A stretch of DNA of 63,947 nucleotides, the filler included, from Intoshia linei (taxonomy: Eukaryota; Animalia; Orthonectida), in assembly GCA_001642005.1 (NCBI GenBank). It is 6 parts of 6 records of this genome, joined end to end, with 100 filler letters (N's around TTAATTAATTAA, not from the genome) between each part and the next. Parts side by side here need not be neighbours in the genome. Positions count along the whole stretch, not along the records: positions 1 to 19,577 come from LWCA01000729.1; positions 19,678 to 38,497 come from LWCA01000762.1; 4 more parts are not named here. One strand, written 5' to 3'. Position numbers and translations under genes: made by a program. Numbering within the stretch: the stretch's first letter is position 1; each line of letters starts with the position of its first letter. Under the pieces are notes generated by a model that made no database searches, was not told the DNA's origin, and worked only from the letters and a program-made list of their open reading frames with translations. Of this stretch, positions 13,550 through 37,740 are shown piece after piece.

Positions 13550-13925
13550 TTTAATTTAATCTTCAACTTAAAAATGAAAAAATTGATAATTTAAAACAGA
13601 ACCAACTTTGAAAATGAAATAAAACTTGTGATACCAAAATGTTCTGAAGTAAAAAACTGGATAGTAACCTTGATATTATTTAAATTTAAAATAGGAACAC
13701 TGTAAAATTTCGTATTATGATATAATGGCCTAATTATAGCGATCAATAATTGTATTATGTGATAAACTCGGTATACAATCTATTCAACGATGAAATTTAA
13801 AACTAACCTGTATAGAATCAAAATGGAATAAAAGATGTAATTAATTTAGTATTATACAAATGAAAGACAAACATCAGTGCTATCCTGTATTGGATATCTG
13901 TGTCAATAAAGATGTTTGGTTTAGT

Positions 13926-14167
13926 TTACACCAACTTGACAAAATTTTTAGGAAAAATTCCTTCCTTTCCGTCTAATGCCCCCATGTACCAATTGTTGTC
14001 AATTTTTTCTATTATTGTGATGATGTCGCCTTCATTAAATTTTAATTCATTAGTATTTTCCGGAATAAAATCATATTCAGCCACACATTTTGTTGTTTCA
14101 CCAGATAAAATTCTAACGTTACCTCTACTATTATCCATATTACCAAATAATGTGGTTGGATCCTCAC
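13926..14167 (-). CDS. Terminal exon encoding an SH3 domain; upstream exons not identified
   Basis: CVAEYDFIPENTNELKFNEGDIITIIEKIDNNWYMG...GIFPKNFV with a tag acceptor at 14168-14170. Confidence 0.85.
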
Positions 14168-16029
14168 CTATAAAATATTATTATGATATATAATATATTA
14201 TGTAAATAATTAAACATAAAGTATTTTATAAAAATTGGATAGAATCCAATTTTTTTTAATTAATGTTCAGTCTTTGAAATTACATTTGGAATTTATGCAA
14301 GTAAAATAATCACTAACGTGTAAAAATTTGTATTAGTGTCATATCATTAATGTAATTGAGACATAATACATTTTTGAGCGAGCAGTTACATGTTAACACG
14401 TAATATAGTCGATATTAATAATTAAACTTTTATTTTAATAAGAAAAAATATATTTACAAGTGTTAATAATTGATTAGAAATCATTTAGAATTATTAATCA
14501 AAATTTATAAACTTCTATTTATAAAGATTATCCAAAAATTAAAATTTAAACAAGTTTTACAAATATTTTACTGGAAACTCTGTATTGACCACAATAAATT
14601 TTTATAAGTAATAATTTATTTATACGCTTTATTTTTTTGATTTACACAGTGTTAATAAAGTTTACTCAGTATTACAGTAGTTTCTCGTTAATATATACAG
14701 CAATAAAACATCAATTTTTAAATTTTTGCTGAGTGAAATAATTGCGCCAAATGAAAGTAAACTAAATTTAGATATCGTTCAACGTCTGCTTAATTTGATT
14801 TATTTATAATGTTTATAAAACGAAGAATATTAATTCATTTATTGACTAAAATGAAATATTAATTTTGAATTTTTGTGAACGAAAACTGAAAATTAATTAA
14901 ATTTTTTAATGTACTTTTACTAAAATTTGAAAAAAAGTTCTTTTTATTATTTTGTAAAATTAAGTACTTAGTACTTACTAAGTTTTAAAAAAAAATTTTT
15001 TTACTGAATTTTATTGTACTGAGTTTCTAAAAAAACTAAATTGAACATACTATTATATACTTTATACAAACAGTACCTAGTTCTTTCGAAGACTATTTTA
15101 ATTTTACTTAAAAAATAAATTAACCTAATAAAATATTATATAAAAAAATTTATTGTGTGTAATATGTGAAGATAACTGTATGAATTGTAATTTTTAGCTT
15201 TTTGTATATATAGCTTATAAATAATAAGTTTATAAGCCAGATATTATTAATATTATTATAGATATTATATATTAAGTCAGACAGCTAGATTATAAATAAT
15301 AAATTATTATAAATTTATTAATATATTCATAATTGATTGTTTAATTTAAAAATATTAAAGTTAAGAAATAAACTGAAAAAAATGAAAATAATGATGGAAA
15401 AACATTCTAATGACACACAAAATTGCTGGAATATTGGTATATTTATTAAAATTTTATATAAACAAATAATATATCTACATATTAATGATTTACAGAAATC
15501 CACCACAAAAAATCTGACAGAAGTTCAACGTAGTCCTTACCTTTATAGCCTTTATTCAAAAAGTTTAACCTTAATCACGTTATGTAGACGCTTTCCGTGG
15601 TCAACTGATAAACTATCAATTGTGTGGGAAGTAATCCACACGTCGACGCAAATAATGAATCTTGTGGCATAAATTTCAAGATCATATAATTAAATTATTA
15701 ATCCAATTAAACCAATAAGTTCATTTATGTAAAAACAGTCATGTCAATATCTAGAATTTTAAAACTTTTGAATACTACAGAATTGTATCTCGAAAAAAAA
15801 TTTTTAAGCTTTCATGTTCAATAAAGTCAAAAATTTAGTGTTTAGTAATAATAATTTAGTAAATTTAGTTTAGTATACTCTTTTTTTGAGAAATTATTTC
15901 ATTAACAAAAACAACATTGAATATAATTTATGGTCCTAGAATTTAAAAATAAAAAATTTTCTTAACACGTTTAGTAACCATTCCTTTAAAAGATAGATAA
16001 TTGTGAATAGGCATTTATATGTAACATTT

Positions 16030-16105
16030 TTTTTGTAGAATTAGAAATGTCCACCCTCGACCGAGCTAGTTGCTGCTTGTACGAAGTACAAAACAGTCAA
16101 GCTAA
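16030..16105 (+). mobile_element. Mini-Helitron 3' end (partial copy)
   Basis: Hairpin gctgcttgtacgaagtacaaaacagtc followed by CTAA; shared with other copies. Confidence 0.55.
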
Positions 16106-16439
16106 TATATCGTATATTATCATAACGCTAATGGAGAAAAAATTAACGTGCAAGGAAAAAGCAAATATTTCAAATTTAATTTTCGCGAATAGAACCGTAT
16201 TTGAAATTTTTTGAACAAAAAACAGAAGTAAGCATAATATAAATAATTTCGTAAAACAAAAATGTAAAATTGGCCGTCCATTAGCTTTAGATGAACGAAC
16301 AATTCGATCTGTTACACGAAAGGCTATCAATTCAATGACCTTTTGATGACATACTCAAGGAAATTAATCTTTCCTGTTCATATTGAACTATTTTAAACCT
16401 CATCAATAGAGCATCACAAGGCAAAAAGTAAAATCAATT

Positions 16440-16850
16440 TCTCACAACTCTCAACTTCCACAAAAATATGCGTTTACTTTTTACCAGAAATAACATGCCT
16501 ACGAATTGCAGTCATATTTTTTTTCCGGATGAAAAAGATTGAATTTAGATGTTCAATGTGGTGCAGCAAATTATTGGAGATATTCAAATTTGCATGTGCT
16601 GTCGAGAATACACCAATAAAGCAAAGGAAGAGGTGTTATCGTATGGGTTGCAAATTGGAAAAATTGCAAGTCTGAATAATGCTTTGTAAGTGGGATAATG
16701 AATTTGATCAGATACACTGAAATAATCTGAGATTATTAACTTCTTGTAGGGAACATTTTGATGTATTTCAACAATATAATGCTTCCGTGCACCTATCAAA
16801 ATATTCAAGAGTGGTTTGAAAATAAAGAAATAAGTTTGTTATAATGCTTT
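16440..16850 (+). mobile_element. Tc1/Tc3-like transposase remnant
   Basis: Frameshifted fragments IFFPDEK..LNLD, GRGVIVWV, FQQYNASVHLSK, EWFENKEISLL. Confidence 0.65.
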
Positions 16851-17167
16851 TTTAAATTTAGCACCCCCGTTAGCCAGATCAATAATTTCCAGCATCCCTG
16901 AAAATAAAAAAAAAACGATACCTTAAAATTTAAAATTGTTGAGTTTTCATATTGAAAATTCATTGAAATAATACATGGTGTACTGACCGTGGAAAACAGT
17001 TTAGTTATTAGTATAGTTCTAATTTGGTGAATTAAACTCATTAAATTAAACCATCGCCACTTTTGTTAATACACAAAATTAAATAAATTATATTTTAACA
17101 AATATGTTTAAAAGTTCCCACAACGAAAGACAGATTTTAAAAACTGAACATAATAATAAAATAAAAT

Positions 17168-17306
17168 CTAGCCATTAAATTTATCCATCTGGTTAGATAA
17201 TTGTTGGTCATTAGTAGAATGATCTCCAAAATCACTTTCAAAGCTTTCAGCATCATTAAATGATTGGCATAATTCAGCGTCTTCATCTATATTCAGTGCC
17301 AATAAT
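17168..17306 (-). CDS. Putative terminal exon (LLALNIDEDAELCQSF...KFNG*); parent gene unclear
   Basis: ttag acceptor, open frame, locally higher GC, TAG stop. Confidence 0.4.
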
Positions 17307-17341
17307 CTAAGAAACAAATAAATAATTATTTATATTTACAA

Positions 17342-17620
17342 CTAGCTTGACTGTTATGTACTTCGTACAAACAGCATCCTACCTCTGCCAAGGGCAGATA
17401 TTTTTATTCTACCAAAAAAATAAATTCAATGATAAAATTTAACTTAAAAATGCTCCTTTCACTATTATAAATTAAAGGAGTGGTTCCAAACTTGTTACAC
17501 GTGGATCCGTCATATCACATTACTTTTTAATTTAAAGTGAATTATTCCACGTTAAATTTATTTTGTTAACATTTGTGTAATATGTGATCCAATTTTTTTT
17601 TTAGACAGAATGTGTGTATA
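17342..17620 (-). mobile_element. Non-autonomous Helitron-like element
   Basis: On the minus strand: hairpin gctgtttgtacgaagtacataacagtc, then CTAG followed by T. Body shared with copies at 35.0, 37.8 and 61.3 kb. Confidence 0.7.
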
Positions 17621-17716
17621 ATATTAAAAATAAAGTAAAAACAGTACAATCCTAAAAATTGTAGTATGATTATTTTACTTTTTCATTTTTAATTTGAAAA
17701 ATATTGGTTGATAATA

Positions 17717-18942
17717 CAGTTCCGGTCAAAAGTCTTGGAACCCAAACAAAATGATAGATTTTGTTGGATAGCACAAAAACTAGTAAATCGTTTTTAGTAA
17801 TTTAAAAACCATTATGTAAACAAATAAATATTATATTGAAAAATATATCACTATTTTCATGGTTACTTTCAATATTTATCTATTTAAATTTTAAAGTTAT
17901 TATTTAATTATATCATCGGTCGAAAGTCTTGAACCCCTAACAATTTTTGTAAAAATAAGCATAAATACAATTGAAAATCACACGGTTTTTTTTTAAATGT
18001 ACATATTCTAATTTTGTAATGTTATTCATTATAAATTGCATTTTATTTTAAACATCAGGACTAGCATATTAAAAATTAAAAAGAAAATAATTGAGCTCCA
18101 CAAAGAAGGGATTTCCAATACAAAATTTATAGAGACCTTAAAATTTTAAGGCATTCTGTTATCGAAATAATTAAAAAATACAATAGTATACAATATATTG
18201 AAGATAAGCCAATGTCGGGCCGTTCTCCTATACTATCCATAAGAGATGAACGTCTTTTATGCGACGAATCTCGAAAGTTTCCCCAGTAAAACCGCATCTA
18301 ATGTGAAAAGAAACTAATTTGGATCATCTGTGACTATATTCACAGAAACAGTAAGAATATATCTTCGCAAAAACAACCTATTCGGAAGAATATCTGCTAA
18401 AAACCATTATTATCGAAGCGTAACATTATAATTAATATTAATATTATAAAAAAATTGTTGTGGTGTCGATTACATTTGGCATGGAGTGATTTGGATTAGT
18501 CCAAGGTTATATTTACCGACAAAAGCAAAATTCAAATACACTACAAATACATTAAAATATTCTCCTTCCATAATGGTATGGGTGGTATTCGACATGATCA
18601 AAGACTACTGTATACTTTTATGCTTTAAGATGTCCTTGACATAATGGAGGATGAATTCTTGTAGGGTGCAATTGTAATGTAGATTTCAACGAATACATAA
18701 GAATTTTGTTTACATAACGTCAATTTTTTTCTTGAGAATATCCCTTTTCAGCAGGATAATGCACCTTGCCATAAGTTTTTAAAAAGTATGGAATGTTTAC
18801 GTTCAAGAAGGATTAACTCTTAGAAAACTGGCCGCCACAGAGTCGTGATATAAATATCATAGACAATATGTGGCACATATAATAAAATATTAAAATTAGA
18901 CTACCAAGCAATGTCGAAGACTTATGGATGCTTTCATTAGAT
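17717..18942 (+). mobile_element. Decayed Tc1 (DD34E) transposon with IR/DR-type left end
   Basis: TA|CAGTTCCGGTCAAAAGTCTTGGAACCC TIR and inner direct repeat at 17917. Transposase motifs SGRSPILSIRDER, KVIFTDKSK, IMVW, FQQDNAPCH, WPPQSRDINII. Confidence 0.85.
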
Positions 18943-19577
18943 TAGTGGTTCTTAACCGGGGGTGCATAATAAATTTTTGGGTGCACAGAGCTATTTTCAA
19001 TTTTTTTTCTAAATGAGTGAAATTACATAATTGATATTTTTATTATCAACAAAAAGATTAGATATAAGACATAATTTCATCTTGTTAATACTTATTAAGT
19101 CAAGTTAATAATTAACGCCCATTGAATTTATTCACAATAATTTACAATCAAATTAATTAATAATTAAATTAATTTTGTATTTTCAACTTTTTTAAGGTAT
19201 ACACATTATGTATTTTAATATATAAATTATCATAGAGTTTTTAACCTTTTCTAAGGATGTCTAAAAGACAATGANCAACTTTTTTAAGGTATACACATTA
19301 TGTATTTTAATATATAAATTATCATAGAGTTTTTAACCTTTTCTAAAGATGTCTAAAAGACAATGAAATAAAAATTACGTAGAATTTGGTTTTACCTGTC
19401 GTAATGATGCAGATGAAACCAAAAAACCTCAGTACATTTACTTTTCGGCGTTTTATGCAATAATAGCATAAAGCCAAACCTACGTAATCATAAGAATATA
19501 AAACACTCAAACCTCACTGACAGTGAAGTTATCGCTCGAAAAAGAAAACGTTTCGATATAGGTGGAACAGTTGACAA
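18943..19577 (+). mobile_element. hAT Buster/Charlie-like element (5' part) interrupting the Tc1
   Basis: TAGTGGTTCTTAACCGGGG terminus, also at about 22200 and 23950-24002. BED-finger-like remnant YVEFGFTC...KPQ...VLCNNSIKPNLRNHK.KH. Confidence 0.7.
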
Positions 19578-19677
19578 NNNNNNNNNNNNNNNNNNNNNNN
19601 NNNNNNNNNNNNNNNNNNNNNTTAATTAATTAANNNNNNNNNNNNNNNNNNNNNNNNNNNNNNNNNNNNNNNNNNNN
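19578..19677. other. Assembly gap spacer (same spacer at 38498-38597, 58801-58900, 61015-61114, 62816-62915)
   Basis: N-run, TTAATTAATTAA, N-run; identical each time. Confidence 0.95.
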
Positions 19678-21316
19678 TGACAGTTTTTTAAAAATGATTA
19701 TGATATTGTTATCAATCTTCAATTAATTGAAGGTTTTTATTTTTCAAAAAACCAACTTATTGCAATTAATTGATTTTTTTCAATAATTTTTACTAATTAA
19801 TTGCAATTAAATTGGTTGCAATCAATTAATTCCAATCCCTGATATGTATATTAGAGTGTTTCACATTTTCTAAAATATAAGATATCACGACAACCTTAGT
19901 ATACAATAGTGTGTTCAATTTAGTTTTTTTGGAAACTCAGTAAGTACTTTTTTTCAAATTTTAGTAAAAGAATTTTAAAAATTCGATTAATTTTCAGTTT
20001 TCGTTAACAAAAAGTAAAAAATTCAAATCAATAAAATTAATATTTCTGATATTATATTATCATATTATATAAATAAATAACTGATATTGAGTGGAAGATA
20101 ATGTCTGAATTTTATAAGAAACTAGTATCATTAAAAGTAAATAATTAAATTTTTTATTAACAAAAAATTGGTTATAAATTACTTTTTGTAGACATCAAGT
20201 TTTTATTGTATTTTAAAATTAAAGAGTATTAATGATATATGCAACAATTTTCTTGGGAATCACAAAAATGCTTATTACTTAATTTCAATTAAAAGAATGA
20301 TTAAAAATTTCAAAAACATATGAATACTTTTGAGTTATAAAATCCATCTCATAATTTGTTATTCTAATTGTTTCCCTGATAATTGCGGATGATTCTACCA
20401 TGAACACGGATAAAGGTTTCATCAGCAATTGAAAACTTTTGAAAAGAGGTAAAAAAATTATAATTAATCATAATCTACATTATATTTATATTATAGATTT
20501 AAATGAAACAACTTGAAACAAATGCTCGGAGATTATTTATTTATCACATTTGTATTAATATATTAATGCAATTAAATCATAATTTACGAATTTTATACAT
20601 TCTGAATCTATGTATTTGTTTTTTAATAAATATTTTGACCTGCCATTGATACATTTGAATTGGAAAAAATGTAGCATATAAATTTGTACATGATAAATGG
20701 TCAGTAGTTCAGTATTTAAAAAAGATTTTCAGAAAAACATTAAAAAAATCAATTAAAATGGAGGGTTTTAAAAAAATAATATTTACTTTACCTTCGAATT
20801 TAAATTTTCTTTAATTTTTATATAAAAAAGATATTATAAATGAGTTAAACCAAAATTATAATTTTTGGGTCAACATAATGTGGTCAAAACAAAAGAAATT
20901 TTAAAAAAATAAAGTAAAATTCAGGACATTTTTGGTTTTTACTCTGATTGTTCCACGTCTATTAGACTTTATAAAAAATAAAAGAATGTGATTATGTTTA
21001 GAAGCTTTCATTTTATCGTTTCGGATAAAGTTTTATCAGTATCATGTAGTATATGTACATTAGTATTGTTATTTTTTTAGTAGCAGGCGACTTTAATAAA
21101 TTTCTTCTTTAATTTTGTAAATCAAAACACAATTATCCATTAATAAGATAAAATATGAGAAATTTTCTATTTTTAATAAGGGCCACAAATAATATAAAAT
21201 AGATAGATTATCATGGATAGAAAAAGTTTGAGAACCCTGATGTTTGACCTGAGAACATTCTGATTTTAAATGAATTTCTATTTGTGAAATTTATAATATT
21301 TTATAATTGTAATTAC

Positions 21317-23324
21317 TTTATTATTTAATAAAGTCCCATCACTAGCCATTGGATACATTATATACTTACCGCCATGTTGAGGATTACAAACATTAGTAGT
21401 AGTGGTGTCGTGTTGACTATTAAAATTATGACCAATCTCTAAAAATATTTAATTTAATTGAAAATTTATAAAACCGTGTGTAAGAATTAGTACTATAAAT
21501 TCGTCAGGTGGTATGTAATCCCTTGTTTCATAAATACCAGTATATCCAATATTATTATCTTAATACTTTATATTATGAGTTAATTTTTTATTAAACCCGA
21601 ACAAATTCCTTCTAAAGAAGCTTTACCCAATACTCCATCATTTGTGTTATAACCTGTAAATAAGTGTGTCAAACAATTTGGGTTTTTCTCCTTTGCAAGT
21701 GCCTAAAATTAATTTAATTAAAATAATTTATATAAGGTAATATATGTATAATATACATATATACATACATTGTATCTAAGTAAATCTGGGTCAGATCAGT
21801 TTATACCAGGTATATAGCATAGAGCTGCTACGAAATCAATCCAATGACTTATGGATATAAAATTTCTCATTGACGTTAAAAATTGAAGAACATTAGGACA
21901 GTGAAGATTGATCATATTCTTTCCAATAAAGTAAATAAATAGCATAAATTCCAGAAAAAAATCAAATTATAAAAACGTATTTTGTCATTTTCAATGTGAT
22001 GACATATATTCAGTATCAATTTAATAATCACTTCAACATACCAATTGTGTATAAATAATTAATTGAATCTTCACTTTATTAATATTTCAGTCGAATTTTA
22101 TCATTATTGCAAAGGATTGTAATATAAAAATGATTGATGTTAAAAATTTGTCTATACTTTTGGCCTTTTTTTTGTGAATGTTACTTTTCTTTTTGGTGCA
22201 CCGGTTAAGAACTACTGCTTAACAGGAATATGTGAATTTATTTAAACACGTACTATTCATCAAAGACTGATAAAATTTATGAAATAAATCACCGTAAAAT
22301 TTTTAAGGGTTTTTTTTTATGACCAGTTCAGAGTGAATTATGTGTAAAAAATTCTTTTTGGTAAGTCCAAAATTTTTCAACATCATCCCGTCGTGAAAAA
22401 TTTTATGCCTATCAAAATTTTATATCTACCGATTTAATTTTAGTTAATATTTGTGACCAAAATAGTATACAGTCGGACCTCGGATTGGGGCACTATTTTT
22501 TGAAAAGTGCCCCAAAATCAGGGGTTTTAGTAAGTTATCTAATTTTTCATTGAATATTTAAACTATTGCAATGTATTATGATATTATATTTGTTTCTATT
22601 AAAGTCCAATACGGTTTAGGACAGAGGTTCTCAAACTTTTTAAATTTTTTGACTTTTTGGTCCATTTTAAATTTTAATTTTGCTCGCGGACCCCCAAATA
22701 AAACATGTCCAAAAAAAATAATGCCACATATTTATATTTAACGTCATTGCAAAAATATTACCTATAATACCTTTATCGTGAAATCGCTAGTTATAGTTAA
22801 TACATGTATCAATATATGCATTAGTATTTATAGTCTTAAATAAAATGTGAAACATCAATGAACCCACCAATTATCTATTAAATTATATTAATATTTTGCT
22901 TAAATTTAAAATATAATTAATAAAAATTAAATTGATAGATCCAAATTTTATCGCTCATGTTTGGAACCATAAACTAAGTTATACCCAGAATAGTTCATCT
23001 CCACGGTATTCTCGATGGGCGTTATAACTGTATGGATCAGAATTGTACGCCGTATGAATGATAATCTAAATATTTTATTTAAATATAATTATTAACGGAA
23101 TACCTTATCTACTTTTAATGTTATATTGTTCATTAATTCAAGAAAATTTTGGTCTTCATATATCTTACTTGCTTCTTTTATCCATTTTATCTACATTTGT
23201 ATATTGTATTGTAAAGAATTTCATAAATATACAATTTTTTCTTGAAGGAAATTGATGCTTTTATGACCATAATCCTGATATAATTTGTAATCTGCTATAC
23301 ATAATATACCACACGTTGAGTTTT
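21317..23324 (-). CDS. ADAM10/ADAM17-like zinc metalloprotease catalytic domain (6 exons; flanking exons unresolved)
   Basis: TCGILCIADYKLY, CLTHLFTGYNTNDGVLGKA..GIC, LTH|EIGHNFNSQHD zinc motif and Met-turn GGKYIMYPMASDG..NNK, colinear with ADAM17. Confidence 0.85.
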
Positions 23325-26300
23325 CTAAAGGTGGAAATATAAAAAAATAATATTTATAATTATTTAAAATAAAATAAAAATTAAGTAAAATGCAAAATTT
23401 TAACAAAATTTGCATTTTATGCTATTCAATCATTAATTATACCATCAAAGTCCCATGAGTAAATGGTCAAGGTTTGGGTTTTTTAACCCTTTAATGACGA
23501 ATATATTGCCATATTAATATGAATTTTTATATATTTGAGATACATATGTATAATAATTTTTCAAGTAAATGTAATTAGTGATTACTGGTGATTACTAATC
23601 ACCATTGTAGAATTTACATATTAATATTATATATTAAAATTTTATTTAAATCATTTAATAAAGCGATTGCAATTTATTATCTACCTAACAACTATCTTAA
23701 TGTAATTTTTTTTAAAATAAATCGTTAAGTTGAAATTAATAATCGTTAACCTTATTTGAAAAATCGCTAATGTTTATTAAAAATCGTTAATTTGAAGTTA
23801 AAATCCTGTATATTCAACTCAAGTGTTATAGTTGATAATAATAATATTATATTTATCTAATTTCACCAAGTTAGAAAAAAGTTTGTTGTAAAAAAATGAA
23901 TAATTAATTTTTAGCTAATTACTTTATGAATGTAATTAAAAAAAACTGAAATTAGCTCTGTGCACCTAAAAATTGATTATGCACCCCGGTGAAGGACCAC
24001 TGAATTAATATAACAATACATTCCAATTAAAATTTATTGATAATAAAAAATATAAAAATAAATAATTTACATATTTATTCAAAACGAAACCAAAATTAAT
24101 CTGTGGGCCACTGGTTGAAGACCCCTGCACTATGGTATCACATTTTGGTTAAAATTTTAAAATTTTTTCGGCGTCTAGTGTAGGTTTTGTGTATTAATGA
24201 AATACCAATATAATCGATGTATTTATTTAAAAAAATATGAATTAAAAATTTAATCTCAACTTTAATTTACTAAATTTAATAATCTTCAAGCATTTAATCA
24301 ATTTCATAATAGATAATTAAAATTGTAAGCCCGCTCGATTAGTGACTTTTGATTTCTATAAATTTAAATTAAGTTATATTTTTTATGAATACACCAAACG
24401 TAGACTAGACTTGTAGTATTCTTGAATATGTGTGAAACCCTAATATACACAATGAAACCATTTAATTATTATACCTAATTGAACCAATTGAACTCTTTGA
24501 TTCAAGAGATATTGAAAATTATATGAACTGTTCCACGGATGACTAAATATAAGTATTGTACATAGTCTTTTAAAATAGAGTATTACACTAGTCAACAAAA
24601 GATATCATTTATCTTTTTTAATGAGATGAATTACATCTAATGTAGTTCTGTGATCATGTCGGGGAGCCGAGATATTTGGGAATGAAAAATGTGTTCATAA
24701 ATTTTATTCATAAATCTTTTTAAATCCTTACTTATATAAGGCTTATATTTATCGCGTCAGTATTTTAATCCGTAAAGTGTCAGTATTTTAGATGGTTTGT
24801 CAGTATAAATATTGAATTGTCAGTTGATATAATTGATTGTCAGTATTTAAATTGAATGTTCTGTATAAAATGAAACTGAAAAAAATTGCATTTGTAAAAT
24901 ATATGGAAATAATAATTTCTAATAATAAAATATATAGTTGTAAAAGAACATTTCAGTTTTTCTTCATTTTATTTCATATATACTAGCCATATATAATTCT
25001 ATTTAAAAGTTATCCTCACTACTTACTACACATTTCACTCTCATATGACATCATATTATAATACTCTAATTAATTGACATAATAACATTCTATTTGTTCT
25101 CATAACAAGATATTCTTTGGTATGAACACCATAAAATATTTCTGATTTTTTTGTAATTTTTTTTGTAGTAGGGCTTGAAATCGGTTTTATAAAACCGATT
25201 AAAACCGATTTTCATGTAATGATCGTCCAAACCGAAATCGAATAATAAAAACCAGTTTTATTATTTGTAATTTTTGTAATTTGTAATATTTGTTTTAATA
25301 TTCGTAATTTTAATATTTTACTTTTTATATCCGCCTTTCGATTTTGGATTCTCTTATGTAAGTTAATAGAAGATTTAGAGGGGTTTATTTAAAATAAAAT
25401 TACATTTGTTATGATCTTTTAATATCAATATTCTTTTTATTGATATGATAGCTTTCATGATTTTTATGTAAGATAATTTTTATAGTTTTCCCTTTTACTT
25501 TTTAGCCCTCCTTACTCCCCCTTATATAATATGCTTTGCAATATTGTTTTTCTGAGTGTGTGTGTTAACGTTTATTTCAATAACTACGAGTCTTAGAATT
25601 TTATAAATTTCAATTACAGTTTTTCCGGGAATGTAAGCAAAATAAATTGCAAACTCACATCTTACGGGTCAAAAAGCTCCATTGTCCTTTTTTGAAAATA
25701 AAACGAGTTCGAGAATTTAAAAAAATATATACTCTGATACGGATTTTAAAATCATAACTATTCTCATTAATTTAAATTTAAAAAAATATATTTTCAGACC
25801 TAAAACGCGAAATTAACTTTTTTTTTAATGAAAACAACACTAGAATTTAAAAAAATTTACAGGTGGTACAGTTGTATCCTGTATATACAGTATGTTAAGA
25901 TACACAAAAATTTTCAATCTGAATAAGTGACGTCTTCATTGTCAAAAAAGCATTTTAGTATTCATATATTTTTTTTCTGAAATATTTTATTAACAAAAAA
26001 TGTGAAATAATTAACAGCCAAAAACTAAAAAAAAAAATTATTGTGATAGAGCTTATTCCAGTTGATATAAATACAAAATTTCAACCCCAGAAATCTACGC
26101 ATTTCCAGTGAAAAATAATTTTTAATATACTATCAACCAAAATTTTTGAAATATTTCGATTAAAATAAAAATTGAAAATGTAAATATTGATCCTACAATT
26201 TCAAAATAAAGTGCATGAACATCTACACATTTCCAATAAAGAAATTAAAAATGATAAATTGTTTTATAGTAATGGATAAAATATATATTAATGTAATAAC

Positions 26301-27412
26301 TTGTGTCTTGTTTTAGTTTTGATAGTCCGCGTTTTAATTTAAAAAATATACGTTTTTGTTTATCCTAAAGTATATTTTATTATATAAACTATCCAAAATA
26401 TTTGCCCCTTGTATACACTGAATCAATATGCACTTTAAAAACATTTTTTTCTTGTTTAGTTTATTGTTAAAAATATAAGCCATCTTTTCGCAACGTTAAA
26501 GGATTTCATATAGACCCTTGTGTTCAATAATATTACCCAAAAATATAATTTTTGATTTGATCAATTTTCTAAATATCGCACATTTTTCAATCACCTTTAA
26601 TTCACTTCGTCCAAATTTAAAAAAATTTATCTCATCGCGTACCTTTCCCTAATATTTATATTGAAAAATTACTTGAGATGGAAAGTATAAGATTAAAAAA
26701 TTTTTTTTTGACATGAAAATAATTTCAAAACTTTTTTCTTGATAATAAACAGAATTGTCACAAAGAGTTTTATCGTAATTATGGTAAGTGTTCTAAAAAT
26801 AAATTATTTAAATATAATAAAAAAGTTATTACCTCGCAAATACAATGAAGAGGATGACTTAAAGGACACCACATTTTAGTTTTGGAATCATAAAAAATCC
26901 AAAAAGTTTTAAAAACTGGGACAATATATTCATAAGCATAGTTTGACTGCATTTTCAACTCTTTTTTATTAACTCTATATCTACCATTGCGAACATTGAC
27001 AAAAATTTCGTCATCTAAGCTCGTTCATAATCTTGATAAAAATGAAAATTTTATTTACTGTTCAAATGATGCATATCATTGGGTGAAAATATACGAAACT
27101 TGTTGGTGATTACATCAAAATATACCCACTTTGCTTCGTCTTTATGTTGCATTTTGAAATCAAAATTTTCAATACTATGAAAAGTATCAATATTGTTATT
27201 TTATCTATTATGGTATCATGTGCAGATGTTTATCGATAATTATCGAAATGAATAAACATTCTCAATATATAATAAAACGACCTCAGAAACAATTCAATTA
27301 AATCTACTTTCAACACGAAATATCAACAAATCAGGAATGATTTTATTTATTTTTATTTTACATTTACATGTAATAAATAATTATAATTATATATTAAATT
27401 TTTTGCATCATT

Positions 27413-37333
<9,921 letters not shown>

Positions 37334-37740
37334 TTTCGATATACAATTGTTTGTATTTACTTGGTTACGCTCATATTTCATAATATTTAATATTATTTAT
37401 TTTATGTTTTTGATGCGCTCGTATTTTTGCAGTTACATATTATTTTAAGATAAAATTAAAGATTTTAACAGTTTATAAATTATGCTAAATAATTATAATT
37501 AAATATGCATTCCAGTCTTTATAAATTAATCGTGTTTTATATTAGAATTTGTAGTCATGAGTTAAAAACTTGTCATAAGGTCTTAAAAATATCACTGAGT
37601 CAAGTAAATTTCCATTTTTGATATCACCGGAAATGCTAACGTTAACTAAAACGCAGTAAGTGGTTTTCAAGTTGGGTTCAGTCACTACTACCTATTTACA
37701 CCAGTGATACAAAATGATATTATACTAGTATATACTAATA

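Noticed and set aside
16584-17041. Minus-strand ORFs as upstream exons of the SH3 gene
   Set aside because: They largely overlap the antisense of a Tc3-like transposase remnant.
19185-19365. Direct duplication of about 90 bp (similar cases at about 38759 and 63204-63413)
   Set aside because: Each is centred on a single n, indicating unmerged contig overlap rather than biology.
19578-19677. Recurrent TTAATTAATTAA motif
   Set aside because: Artificial scaffold spacer with stops in all frames, embedded in Ns.
24400-26980. Candidate ADAM signal/prodomain exons
   Set aside because: Could not be joined in consistent phase, and no clear similarity was seen.
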